A program made the position numbers and the translations under genes. From the sequence record NC_041972.1: a stretch of DNA of 64,000 nucleotides. One strand, 5' to 3'. Numbering within the stretch: the first letter of the stretch is position 1; each line of letters starts with the position of its first letter. This document shows positions 8,969 to 18,260 of this stretch, one piece after another. Under the pieces are notes generated by a model. That model saw only the letters and a program-made list of their open reading frames with translations, searched no databases and was not told the origin of the DNA.

Positions 8969-11344
8969 ATGAATTTAAATGTGGACTATACAATTTACGT
9001 GGATAACACCAAGAAGCTTATCCGCACAATGGTCATTAATTCGGCTCAATCAGCTAATATAATTAACGGCCGTATGGATGGCTTGGGGTACGGTCGTGAC
9101 ATCTACGACAAGAGTACCTGGAAGTACTACATGAACATGGCCGGGATCTACCATCCGTCCAATGACCGGATGCAGGTGAAGTCACTCGATAACGGTCAGC
9201 TCATCGACTTTACCCGTGAGAACATGGAGATCCATGTCAGCACCAAACGCAGCTACCAGTACGGCACCGACTATTATAAAGCCCTGGTTGCGCAGTACCC
9301 GTATCAGATTGCGTTGATCAAGGGGATCTTAAACCCGATTGATCTCAGTGTCTCAACCACCGCCGATGACTGGCAGATCCTCTATTACGATAAGACGCTG
9401 GTAGAAGACGGTGAAGAGAACCTGATCCCCCGTTTCCAGGAGTGGGTCAATACCCTGATCACCCAGACCTATCTACCGGACTACGTCTACATCACCGAAG
9501 ATCTGATGCACCACTTCTATCTTTCCTTAATTGGTGGTTTTGGTCCTGGTGTGATCATGGGGATTCGGTTAGAGAACATCAAGACCAACCGGGCACACAG
9601 TTTCCATATCTGGTCGCATATTCTGTCGCATGCTGATATTGAGCAGTATCGCCCGTACCTGAACCGCAAACAGATCCTCTATCTGTATCGCAACATTGTG
9701 TGGCATACCCGCAACCCAGGTGCACAATACTCCTTCCAGAAGATGATCGATGCCTTCTTAACGGAACGCCGCATCCCATTACAGTCGTACAACGCCCAGC
9801 ACAACACCTCGAGCATTCTGACCAAGATTAAACCCGAGGTGGAGTTCAAGCGTGAACTGCTGAACATGCAAGATGCGATCGCCAATGTGAACTATGTGCG
9901 TAGTACCCGTGAGATCCTGGAAGATGAAGTGCCGCTGGCGAAGAACAACGCCGACGTGTACGAAGACCGGATCGGGGAAGTCATTCAGGATGTCGGGACC
10001 AACCGCAACAGTAACCTCCCGACCAAAGTGCTGGAATCCAACATGCGGGATCTGTCTGACTCGCTGCCGTTCTCACACTCCCTGACATTACTGAACGAAT
10101 GGGTGCGGTTGTCCTCTACGGGCATGTATACCGCGGTGATCACCACTACCAACCCCAATACCGGGCTGACCATGACCATGACGGTAAAGGAAGCGTTTAT
10201 CCTTTATCTGTACGGTGTCTGGCAAAGTCACGGAGTTAACTTGGAGACGATCCCAACCTTCCGTGCCAACATGGTAATGAAGATCCCTCGGCCGCAGTTT
10301 GCGTTCTTAAAAGCCCAATACGGCTCGCAGCACGTCACCGACGAGTTCATCAAATACGCCCTGAATCTTTGTCCGGATATCCCGGCGATCATCTCGACAG
10401 AAACCTTCTATGCGAAGACGCTTGAGATTAATGCCGCGACCCAACTGCACCGGGATCTGTACAGCTACCGTAACCATTATCATGCGCGGGCAGAATTCGA
10501 AGCCCTGGCCTTTGGTTTCTACCAGGATCAGGATTGCGACATCAACTCCGGCATGACCTATAAGGAGTTCTTCAAACAGAAGGGGTGGGACTTCACTGAC
10601 TTACCGCCGGAAGAGTGGGTGGTGTTCGCCAACAAGGTCTCCTCGATTGCCACCGGGTTGGATACGGCTAACCAGCAGAAGCTCGCGGATATTCAGCAAG
10701 CCATGTTGGGCCTGACCATGCAGCTGTCCAGTTACACCATTCAAGTGATCAGGAAGATCAATGAAGAAGCGGTGGTGATGCTTGACTGGCCAACCTTGCG
10801 CGGGGGCGACATGCACATGAAGGTCTATCAGCAGTGGCACTTGGTGGATAACCCTGTGCGACCGATCGATACCCACATGCGTGAGAAGAAGACTTACAAC
10901 CTGATCCACGATTTCCCGAAAGGCCATAACTCGGTAGAGCGCAGCTGGCGCTTCTATATCGACACCGCACGGCAGTTAAGTAGTCAGGGGATCAACTCCC
11001 GTTACAACTATTTAAACGGCGCACGTATGCGGCTGTGGACGGCTGACGATGCGGCGGGTACCGAGAACGAGTTTGACCAGCAGATGGCCGTGAAAGATCT
11101 GCAAGGTCTCTGGATTGACCCGTACGGCGATGCCCGTCCGCCGGCTGACTTCAGTGCAGAAGTGTTGAACGGATTGTGGACTGATCCGTTACCCGGGATT
11201 GCACCAATCGTTAGTAGCTTGGGTGGGTTGTGGATCGATGGTCCAAAGAGCAGTGGTTTTGATGAGGATCTCAACGGACTGCATGCTGAAGTACCTGCGG
11301 CATTACAAGCCTTACGCAATACCCCGGGTGATAGCGCCACGTAA
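8969..11344 (+). CDS. Virion structural protein (phiKZ gp128-like, possibly baseplate)
   Basis: 791 aa from ATG 8969 (GGGAG RBS); divergent from portal; heads a run of structural genes. Confidence 0.6.
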   Translation: MNLNVDYTIYVDNTKKLIRTMVINSAQSANIINGRMDGLGYGRDIYDKSTWKYYMNMAGIYHPSNDRMQVKSLDNGQLIDFTRENMEIHVSTKRSYQYGTDYYKALVAQYPYQIALIKGILNPIDLSVSTTADDWQILYYDKTLVEDGEENLIPRFQEWVNTLITQTYLPDYVYITEDLMHHFYLSLIGGFGPGVIMGIRLENIKTNRAHSFHIWSHILSHADIEQYRPYLNRKQILYLYRNIVWHTRNPGAQYSFQKMIDAFLTERRIPLQSYNAQHNTSSILTKIKPEVEFKRELLNMQDAIANVNYVRSTREILEDEVPLAKNNADVYEDRIGEVIQDVGTNRNSNLPTKVLESNMRDLSDSLPFSHSLTLLNEWVRLSSTGMYTAVITTTNPNTGLTMTMTVKEAFILYLYGVWQSHGVNLETIPTFRANMVMKIPRPQFAFLKAQYGSQHVTDEFIKYALNLCPDIPAIISTETFYAKTLEINAATQLHRDLYSYRNHYHARAEFEALAFGFYQDQDCDINSGMTYKEFFKQKGWDFTDLPPEEWVVFANKVSSIATGLDTANQQKLADIQQAMLGLTMQLSSYTIQVIRKINEEAVVMLDWPTLRGGDMHMKVYQQWHLVDNPVRPIDTHMREKKTYNLIHDFPKGHNSVERSWRFYIDTARQLSSQGINSRYNYLNGARMRLWTADDAAGTENEFDQQMAVKDLQGLWIDPYGDARPPADFSAEVLNGLWTDPLPGIAPIVSSLGGLWIDGPKSSGFDEDLNGLHAEVPAALQALRNTPGDSAT

Positions 11345-11377
11345 CCGGCATAATGAGGGGTCGTCACTGACCCCTCA
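11345..11377 (-). terminator. Hairpin element with TATGCCGG tail on the minus strand only
   Basis: CCGGCATAA-TGAGGGGTC-GTCACT-GACCCCTCA. Confidence 0.6.
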
Positions 11378-11423
11378 AAAGTAATCCTATGTTTACACCA
11401 CCTCTACGCCTAAGGAGAACCAC

Positions 11424-12299
11424 GTGCCTGCTAATCAGCCGATTCACGGTGAGGGTGACTATGTCGTAGACGTCGCATTGAGCTCTGCTGAGTTAGTGTA
11501 TGGTTTGATTAACCATGACAACAACACAGACTACACCTCATTGACGTTACGGTTAGGAACCCCGACTGTAAATACCAATGCACAGCACGATCGTAATACC
11601 CGTATCTTTGCCCAAACTCGTCCAGGCGCGCCGAAGCAGGGGTCAACGTATTTCTATTATGATCGTATTTCGCTGGCCTACTATCTGCAAAACTACCCTG
11701 ACCTGGAAGTCGACATCACCGATGACATGCTCACCATGCGTGATCTGATTCCGTGGATGAACCAGACCTTTGGATTAGGGTTGGTTGCTGAAGATGTCCG
11801 GGCCGATTTAATTGACCGTAGCCCGAACGCTGAAAACCGCTTTGCGATGTCAGCTGCCTCCCTGGCCTGGCAGGATTCGATCGTCTTAAAGATCAACGTC
11901 CCACCGGTGGATATTGCCACCTTGACCGGTGACTCGGTCTTTGATGCCATCGAAGTGGTGTCAGAACACCCACGCACTTACGGTCAGCTGTATGGCTACC
12001 AGGTTGACACCGCTGGTATGGCGGCGTTACTGACCGGTCTGCCAATTGGTAAGCTGAGTAATCTCAATGGTGAGAACCTCACGCAAGCATTGTCCACTGC
12101 TACTTCTGACTATTGGGCTTTCGATGCAACTCCAGTCGTCCGTAACCTCTATGGCGCTACTGTGCGCTTTAATGGTCGCAGTACTGACCAGGCCGTGTAC
12201 CCCACTAAACCAGACAACGCGTACATGGTAATCGTGGATATTGTTGAGAGTGAATGCCTGGAGTTCGAAGGCCCGTTGGTTCTCTACTACACCCGTTAA
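11424..12299 (+). CDS. Putative baseplate/tail structural protein, paralog 1
   Basis: GTG start with AAGGAG; YYDRISL motif and C-terminal YG.A.V.FNG...LVLYY shared with 12315 and 14045. Confidence 0.6.
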   Translation: MPANQPIHGEGDYVVDVALSSAELVYGLINHDNNTDYTSLTLRLGTPTVNTNAQHDRNTRIFAQTRPGAPKQGSTYFYYDRISLAYYLQNYPDLEVDITDDMLTMRDLIPWMNQTFGLGLVAEDVRADLIDRSPNAENRFAMSAASLAWQDSIVLKINVPPVDIATLTGDSVFDAIEVVSEHPRTYGQLYGYQVDTAGMAALLTGLPIGKLSNLNGENLTQALSTATSDYWAFDATPVVRNLYGATVRFNGRSTDQAVYPTKPDNAYMVIVDIVESECLEFEGPLVLYYTR

Positions 12300-12314
12300 C
12301 CGAGGAATCGCATT

Positions 12315-13133
12315 ATGTTACAACGCATTCTGCAAAAGACGGCTAACGAGATTATCGTTGAACCGTTTAACCTGGCTTTTAACACCAACTTAAAAGCTGC
12401 CAATTTTGAGTTGAAGGATGTCAGCTCTGCAACCGGTGGAAAAGATACCCAGGCCACCTTGTCAGTGATCGACACCACCTCCGGGTATAAAGGTGAGCGT
12501 CCGTTCACGTATAACCGCCTGGATGCCACAGAACTCTTTTACGGTGTGCCGAAGTTCTTCCCAATGGGCTCGGCTGACATTGATGAATACTCTGTCGTTG
12601 GGATGCTGGCCTTACGTTATGGTCTGAAGCTTGACATCAACCATATCGCTAACGTCGCCATCACTGCCGGTAAAGCCGTGGTGACTTTCGCAGATTCATC
12701 CCCGATCATCAAAGGCAGTGTGCAGTTTGACTTCTACGATGAAGCCATCGACTTGGAAGAACTGATTGCTGATCCAGAAATCGGTGTGCTGGAGATGCCA
12801 GAGCGTACTGAGAAGCCGAACGTGACGTATTACAGTTACGCGCACGACATGACGTACTGCAAAGCGTTTGTTCCGGGTATGGCGGTGGGTTCACTGGCAA
12901 CACAGGAACTGGCCGATGCCGTAGCGAACATCACCGGTGATCCGTGGGTGCTGGCAGACGGCACGACCACCGAATACAACCTGGCCGGTGCTGAGCTTGT
13001 CTACAACGGTAACACCACCACTGCGAATGCCCAGGGCTATCCCGTCAATGACGAATACGCCATGGTGGCTTTGTTTAAATTAACAGATTCATGTAATAAT
13101 TTTAGTGGTCTGCTAATGGTTAACATGAACTAA
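12315..13133 (+). CDS. Putative baseplate/tail structural protein, paralog 2
   Basis: GAGG RBS; TYNRLDA motif, LRYGLKL, YNLAGAELVYNG. Confidence 0.6.
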   Translation: MLQRILQKTANEIIVEPFNLAFNTNLKAANFELKDVSSATGGKDTQATLSVIDTTSGYKGERPFTYNRLDATELFYGVPKFFPMGSADIDEYSVVGMLALRYGLKLDINHIANVAITAGKAVVTFADSSPIIKGSVQFDFYDEAIDLEELIADPEIGVLEMPERTEKPNVTYYSYAHDMTYCKAFVPGMAVGSLATQELADAVANITGDPWVLADGTTTEYNLAGAELVYNGNTTTANAQGYPVNDEYAMVALFKLTDSCNNFSGLLMVNMN

Positions 13134-13153
13134 TCTGTTGAAAAGGAACAATA

Positions 13154-14029
13154 ATGAAACGTAATGTCAGATCGCATGCAGGGAACATGTTGCAGGTCGC
13201 CCAGATGTTGGGGATTGCACATGTGGTTCAGGAGCACACCACGCTGAATGAAAAGTTCAATGTGCTGCCTGATCAGATCCCGCAGACCGGTCGCCCTAAT
13301 ATGCAGTACTTCTGCATCGGCTTTGGCGGGCACAAAGGTATTCTCGGTAAGAACAATACTTTCCTGTCCACATCGATCGACCACTACCCGGATCATGCGG
13401 CGCTCTATAAACACATCCCGTTTGTGTTGCGTGAGATCGGTAATGACCTCACTGCAGATCAGCGCGCGAAGTATCGTCTGCGCAGCATCATCACGCTGGA
13501 TGACGGCAGTCGCTATATCGCCTACTACCTAAAGAAGATCGAACTCAGTAATGTGGTGGTGCGTTCTCAAAAGAACACACGCGATGAAGCCGGTTTAATC
13601 ACCACCTCTGACTACGTGCCGGATGCCTCGGTACTGAACCCACAACAACCTGAACTCAACACCAACAACATCGACCAGGTAGTCACCTCCACGACCTTCT
13701 TGTCAGCCAACGCTGAACTGGATCTGTCGCTGAATGAGCTTGACTGTTCAGAGCTGCTCGATGTCGCCCGCATCCTTTATAAAGATGAAGCGTATGCCCT
13801 GGTGTCGGAGTACGGTTTGGTGGCGGGTATCGATGTCCCTGCCCAGGGTTCAACCGGTGCTGGCGGAACCATTCAGTATACTGAAGTGGTGGCGGCACAG
13901 ATCGTGGACTTCATGACCAACCGTGGCTCAGGTGCGGATGATGACGATAAAGGCATCACCTGTCTGGTCAACTACGGTGCTACTGAGCCGCTGTTAGCTG
14001 ACAGTGGTGCAAACGCAACAACCGTCTAA
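13154..14029 (+). CDS. Conserved phiKZ-like virion structural protein
   Basis: 291 aa; TLNEKF, YFCIGFGGH, LYKHIPFVLR, YIAYYLKKI recalled from phiKZ-like structural proteins. Confidence 0.6.
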   Translation: MKRNVRSHAGNMLQVAQMLGIAHVVQEHTTLNEKFNVLPDQIPQTGRPNMQYFCIGFGGHKGILGKNNTFLSTSIDHYPDHAALYKHIPFVLREIGNDLTADQRAKYRLRSIITLDDGSRYIAYYLKKIELSNVVVRSQKNTRDEAGLITTSDYVPDASVLNPQQPELNTNNIDQVVTSTTFLSANAELDLSLNELDCSELLDVARILYKDEAYALVSEYGLVAGIDVPAQGSTGAGGTIQYTEVVAAQIVDFMTNRGSGADDDDKGITCLVNYGATEPLLADSGANATTV

Positions 14030-14044
14030 TGACACGGGGGTGAC

Positions 14045-14914
14045 ATGAACATTCTGGGTAAAGATCCACAACAGTTGATCAAAGAACTCGCTGCCGGTCA
14101 CAACAATGTCACGTTGGTGCCAGGGGCGACGAAAGTGGTTAACTTTCAAAACCTGGCTGGTACGGTTGGTATTGACGCACAGGCGGATATTGTCCCGGCT
14201 GACCCGACCGTCTATTACCGTAAGAAGACCATCCAGTTTGGCAAGATCGATCTGTCCAAGCATTGGTTGAATCAGCGTCTGACGATCCCATTGCAGGCGA
14301 ACTCAACCAGCCACAGCATCTTACCGCAACTGATCAAACGTTATGGTCTGAAACTGTCCACCGACGATTTGGTGTTGACCACGGTAGACACCAGTAAAGA
14401 TATCTGGGAATTACCGATTCGGGTGAAAGCCACCTCGTGGGTCTTTAAGAACACGCTGGACAACATTATCGTCTACGCCACCGATGTCAGCACTGATCTG
14501 CAGTATGTGATCAAACGCCCATCGTTGACTGGGCTGGCGTATCCTTCTGCCGATACCACCAAGATGCAAGGCCCGCTGTTAAGCTACGGTATGCATTACA
14601 GTGTGTATACCGGACAGAACGAAGCTCTCCGCAATGCGAAGGTCGGTTACAAGATGATTGTGGCCTCTGACGATGACTGGGCGATTGCGGATCTGCTGTC
14701 GGACTATACGGGTCTGGCATGGTCGTTTAAACAGACTGGACCAAGCCTGTACAATGCCGAAGTGATGTATAATGGTGTTGCAACGAATGTACCGAGCACC
14801 TATTCCCATCTTGATCGCAATAGCGCCACGAACTTCTTAATTCTGAAGCTCAGTGGTGTTGGTGATGTGGGCGGGTATGTTGCTATTGGTTACACAATCG
14901 AAGTTGATCCGTAG
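14045..14914 (+). CDS. Putative baseplate/tail structural protein, paralog 3
   Basis: FGKIDL, KRYGLKL, LYNAEVMYNG motifs shared with 11424 and 12315. Confidence 0.6.
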   Translation: MNILGKDPQQLIKELAAGHNNVTLVPGATKVVNFQNLAGTVGIDAQADIVPADPTVYYRKKTIQFGKIDLSKHWLNQRLTIPLQANSTSHSILPQLIKRYGLKLSTDDLVLTTVDTSKDIWELPIRVKATSWVFKNTLDNIIVYATDVSTDLQYVIKRPSLTGLAYPSADTTKMQGPLLSYGMHYSVYTGQNEALRNAKVGYKMIVASDDDWAIADLLSDYTGLAWSFKQTGPSLYNAEVMYNGVATNVPSTYSHLDRNSATNFLILKLSGVGDVGGYVAIGYTIEVDP

Positions 14915-14927
14915 CAGTGTATAAATG

Positions 14928-14953
14928 AAGGGTGGGGCTTCGGCTCTGCCCTT
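14928..14953 (+). terminator. Hairpin between structural gene and ruvC
   Basis: AAGGGTGGGGC-TTCG-GCTCTGCCCTT; no U-tract, followed directly by the next RBS. Confidence 0.5.
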
Positions 14954-14963
14954 AGGGAGTCTT

Positions 14964-15569
14964 ATGATGGTGTTGCAAGATGGACGCCCGGTGGAAGAGT
15001 TACTGCAGGTCTCCATTGACCCCGGAACCGATACCGTCGGTGTTACGTTATTGGGATTGCATCCGATCACCCTTGAGATGACCTGGAAGGAATCCTTTAC
15101 GTTGTATGGATCATTGCTTAATTACCGCTCAGAGCTCGTGTTCCAGGAAGACCGGAATCGTGATGCACGTTTAAAGGGCCTCACTGATGCCCTGCTGCGT
15201 TATCTCTGTACGGTACGGCCTCACGTAGTGGTGTTTGAAGATAACTTCTTACGTCACTCCCCACAGGCCTTTAAAGCACTGATCGAATCGGTGGAAGCCA
15301 TTAAGCGTGCAGTCTGGGGGTATAACCCATACTTACCGTTCTATGAGATCTCGCCGATGCAGGCGAAAGGTGCCGTGAACGCGATTGCTCCTCGCGGACA
15401 AAAACATGATAAGGAGCTAGTGCGTAAGGGACTGATGAACTATCCACGTTTACAAATCCCTCATGCTGTTTTGCAGACACTCTCTGAGCACGCAGTTGAC
15501 TCCGTCGCCATCGGCATCTACGGCCTGGAACAATTGTCGCTCGCATTGAGTGCTGCTCATTGGAGATAA
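14964..15569 (+). CDS. ruvC: RuvC-like Holliday junction resolvase
   Basis: SIDPGT (Asp), VVFEDNF (Glu), EHAVDSVAIG (His/Asp) catalytic pattern; GGGAG RBS before ATG 14964. Confidence 0.85.
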   Translation: MMVLQDGRPVEELLQVSIDPGTDTVGVTLLGLHPITLEMTWKESFTLYGSLLNYRSELVFQEDRNRDARLKGLTDALLRYLCTVRPHVVVFEDNFLRHSPQAFKALIESVEAIKRAVWGYNPYLPFYEISPMQAKGAVNAIAPRGQKHDKELVRKGLMNYPRLQIPHAVLQTLSEHAVDSVAIGIYGLEQLSLALSAAHWR

Positions 15570-15570
15570 A

Positions 15571-16080
15571 ATGACTACGCAGGCTACTGAAGAAGAGAAG
15601 GTGGAAGTGCCGGCATCGAGTCTGGTTGAACCAGTGATCGAGTCGGTACACCCGCCGGTTGTCCGGGCAATGAACTTCGCCGGGGTATTGGCTGTCCTCA
15701 CCACCTGTTTGTGTGCCATTGCTTTCTTTGCCAACATGTCAATCCATGTCTGGCGAAACGGGTCATGGCCGCCGAACGTGGGGGCGGTGATCGTGGCAGT
15801 GGTGTTGATCGGTCCTGTCTTAACCGCCTGGCAGTTCATGGGTGTGCGCAAAATCCTAACCTCATTACTTTCAAACGAGAATGGCCTGGGGTTAGGCGGA
15901 ATTGCGAAAGAGGTCGTGGCACGGCGTATGGGGTTTCAATACCAGCCGACCCAGCCAATGACCAGCCAGCAGGTGCAGCAAAACTACCCGTCACATCAAC
16001 CGCCGGTGGAATACCCCACGCCACCCGAGGGTTATGCACAGAACGTCCCACCCGTACCACCCGGTGAGAATGCACGATGA
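15571..16080 (+). CDS. Two-TM membrane protein, holin candidate
   Basis: GGAG RBS; two hydrophobic helices (FAGVLAVLTTCLCAIAFFA; VGAVIVAVVLIGPVLTAW), Pro/Gln-rich tail; adjacent to spanins. Confidence 0.45.
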   Translation: MTTQATEEEKVEVPASSLVEPVIESVHPPVVRAMNFAGVLAVLTTCLCAIAFFANMSIHVWRNGSWPPNVGAVIVAVVLIGPVLTAWQFMGVRKILTSLLSNENGLGLGGIAKEVVARRMGFQYQPTQPMTSQQVQQNYPSHQPPVEYPTPPEGYAQNVPPVPPGENAR

Positions 16081-16101
16081 ATAGCACCGAACTGATTTAA
16101 T

Positions 16102-16155
16102 CAGCATAAAGACAGAGAGCTTCCTTGCGGAGGCCCTCTGTCTTGTTTATGCCGG
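16102..16155. terminator. Bidirectional hairpin element between convergent genes
   Basis: CAGCATAAA-GACAGAG...CTCTGTC-TTGTTTATGCCGG. Confidence 0.75.
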
Positions 16156-16161
16156 TTAAGG

Positions 16162-16665
16162 TTATTTCGTCGATCCGGTAGGGGGATTGACTTTCAGGTT
16201 GTTCAACTGTTTTATTGCAGTGAGCAGACCGGTGGTGTATTCCTGGAGTTTGGTCAGACGACGAGCAGTGTCATCCGCTTCTGCCCCAATGTTGATCAAG
16301 AACTGACTGTCTTCAGGTGGAAAGTACAGGTACTCATCATCTTCGAGCACACTGGTGACTTTATAGTTTACATCAGGCAAAGGTGCAATCGCTGCCGTTG
16401 AGGTAGCTGGAGCACCCGCTGGAACACCTACAGTTGCAGGCATGACAGCATCACTCGTACTACCAAAGCGGTCAATGATTCGCTTTTGCACCGTCGGAGC
16501 CGCGGGTCGCATCAGGGGAGCTGGCGGCTCCTGGACTTGCAATACCGTTTGCTCCAGCAACGTTCCGGTAAGGGATGGTGACGGGGGCGCTTGGTTTCTT
16601 GATCCGCAACCGGAAAGAACCATCACTAACAGCCCCAAGCAAGTTCCCAGTAGTAGCTTGCGCAT
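16162..16665 (-). CDS. o-spanin (outer-membrane lipoprotein, Rz1-like)
   Basis: AAGGAG RBS inside the i-spanin gene; MRKLLLGTCLGLLVMVLSGC lipobox; Pro/Ala-rich linker; C-terminal amphipathic helix. Confidence 0.8.
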   Translation of the reverse strand: MRKLLLGTCLGLLVMVLSGCGSRNQAPPSPSLTGTLLEQTVLQVQEPPAPLMRPAAPTVQKRIIDRFGSTSDAVMPATVGVPAGAPATSTAAIAPLPDVNYKVTSVLEDDEYLYFPPEDSQFLINIGAEADDTARRLTKLQEYTTGLLTAIKQLNNLKVNPPTGSTK

Positions 16666-16936
16666 CCTGTGACTCCTTATCATATTCAGAACTGATTCGT
16701 TGAGTCAGCGCCATCTGTTGTTGCTGGATGTCTCTCGTCTGCTCCCCGAGGACCTTTAGTTGATTAACAGATTCGCCTATCGATTCAATCTGTTTCGACA
16801 TTTGTTTCTGTTGTTCACCAAGCGTGGCAACCGACGTCGCTGTTGACCACAGAAAATAGACAACGAAGCCTACCACTGCGATGACAAGTACGACTTTGAA
16901 GTTTTTAAGAAATAGTTCTTTCAGCAGAATCCACAT
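16472..16936 (-). CDS. i-spanin (inner-membrane, Rz-like)
   Basis: N-terminal TM helix, coiled coil, GSFRLRI segment typical of Rz; overlaps a lipoprotein gene in another frame. Confidence 0.8.
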   Translation of the reverse strand: MWILLKELFLKNFKVVLVIAVVGFVVYFLWSTATSVATLGEQQKQMSKQIESIGESVNQLKVLGEQTRDIQQQQMALTQRISSEYDKESQDAQATTGNLLGAVSDGSFRLRIKKPSAPVTIPYRNVAGANGIASPGAASSPDATRGSDGAKANH

Positions 16937-16945
16937 AAGTCGACC

Positions 16946-18175
16946 TTAATAGGTAGAGATCTTCAACCACCAGGCTTTGGCAAAGACCCAGGGTTTGGGC
17001 ATCAGCCCATAGTCTGTGACAATGTCCTCGTTACGGTACTGGATGGTTGTGTTAAGGGCGAATCGCCGACGATGGTGTAAGGTAAGTAACCGAGAGCGTC
17101 CCTCGCCCGGGCGTAGCAAAGGCTCCGCCATCACCCCGTTGTTCAGCTGAATGGGGATACGAGTGTTATCGGGCACGGTGAACATACCAGGCCATTTATG
17201 TGTCTCCAGGGGAATCTGCTCCACTTCTAAGAGCGGATTGTCAAACACCACCCAAAAACTGGTAGATAAGAGCAGCCAGGCTTTATAGAAGTCATCCTTC
17301 TGGTAATCACCCTTGCTCATGATCCGAGGCGAGTCAGGATTGATATTGGCCGGAATGCTAGATAGGTCTATGAATTCGCGGTCATAGAAATAGCGATCAA
17401 CCCAGTCAATATACACCGTTGACAAACTGACCAGGCCTTCTCCGAGGATAGAGATGACTTCATCCTGCCAATAGAAGATCCCACCGATCACAATCCCGAC
17501 GGATTTACCCTGGGTGCTAAACGGCGGCGACATCAAGATCTTCTGCCGATAGGGGTTCAGTTCATCTGAAGGCTGGAGCTGGTCCGCGGTGATGGAGTAA
17601 CACTTCAGGGTGCTGACATTATGGAAGCTCAATACGCCTGATTTCACATCGTTGCTGACTTTGGCATTTTTACACGCATCTAACAGATAGATGCCGTCAT
17701 CGGATAGCGAGCTGCGGTGCAGGTAGCCGTTCACGGTAAACAATGCACAGTTAAATAATGTCGGGTAGTCCACTCCTTCTTTCATTAAGATGACATCATT
17801 AGCGTCCGCATAGCTAAAGTCACGTTTCAGGGATGAGGTGATGTTGGTTGGTTTTTGGGTAAACCACCATTCATTGAGATTGTTAAATAGCGCAGACTTC
17901 TTGGTGAGATTAGGCAGCGTCGTTGAGGTGGTCAACGCCCGGTTACCGAGCGAGGCTAACCACTGCACCAACGTGCCGTTGAAAGCACTCACTTCATTAT
18001 AATAATCCTGCAGAACCAGGCAGACGTTCTTCTTTAGAAAGGGTGACGATAATATGACCCGGTTTTCAGAATAGGTCTGCAACACCGTTTTGAGCTGCAT
18101 GGATGAAATATCGTCAGCAACTAACTTCGGGCGCTTGCCCACGGTTTTGGAAATACAGGCAACGTAGTTATACAT
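16946..18175 (-). CDS. Putative virion structural protein
   Basis: 409-aa ORF in the structural block, co-oriented with spanins; no specific motif. Confidence 0.5.
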   Translation of the reverse strand: MYNYVACISKTVGKRPKLVADDISSMQLKTVLQTYSENRVILSSPFLKKNVCLVLQDYYNEVSAFNGTLVQWLASLGNRALTTSTTLPNLTKKSALFNNLNEWWFTQKPTNITSSLKRDFSYADANDVILMKEGVDYPTLFNCALFTVNGYLHRSSLSDDGIYLLDACKNAKVSNDVKSGVLSFHNVSTLKCYSITADQLQPSDELNPYRQKILMSPPFSTQGKSVGIVIGGIFYWQDEVISILGEGLVSLSTVYIDWVDRYFYDREFIDLSSIPANINPDSPRIMSKGDYQKDDFYKAWLLLSTSFWVVFDNPLLEVEQIPLETHKWPGMFTVPDNTRIPIQLNNGVMAEPLLRPGEGRSRLLTLHHRRRFALNTTIQYRNEDIVTDYGLMPKPWVFAKAWWLKISTY

Positions 18176-18260
18176 GCGCTCCGCCCTTAGTTTGAAAAAT
18201 CAATCATATGTGCTCGTTACTTAAACATACCTAAGCTATAAAATTACTTTGGAGACCGAC

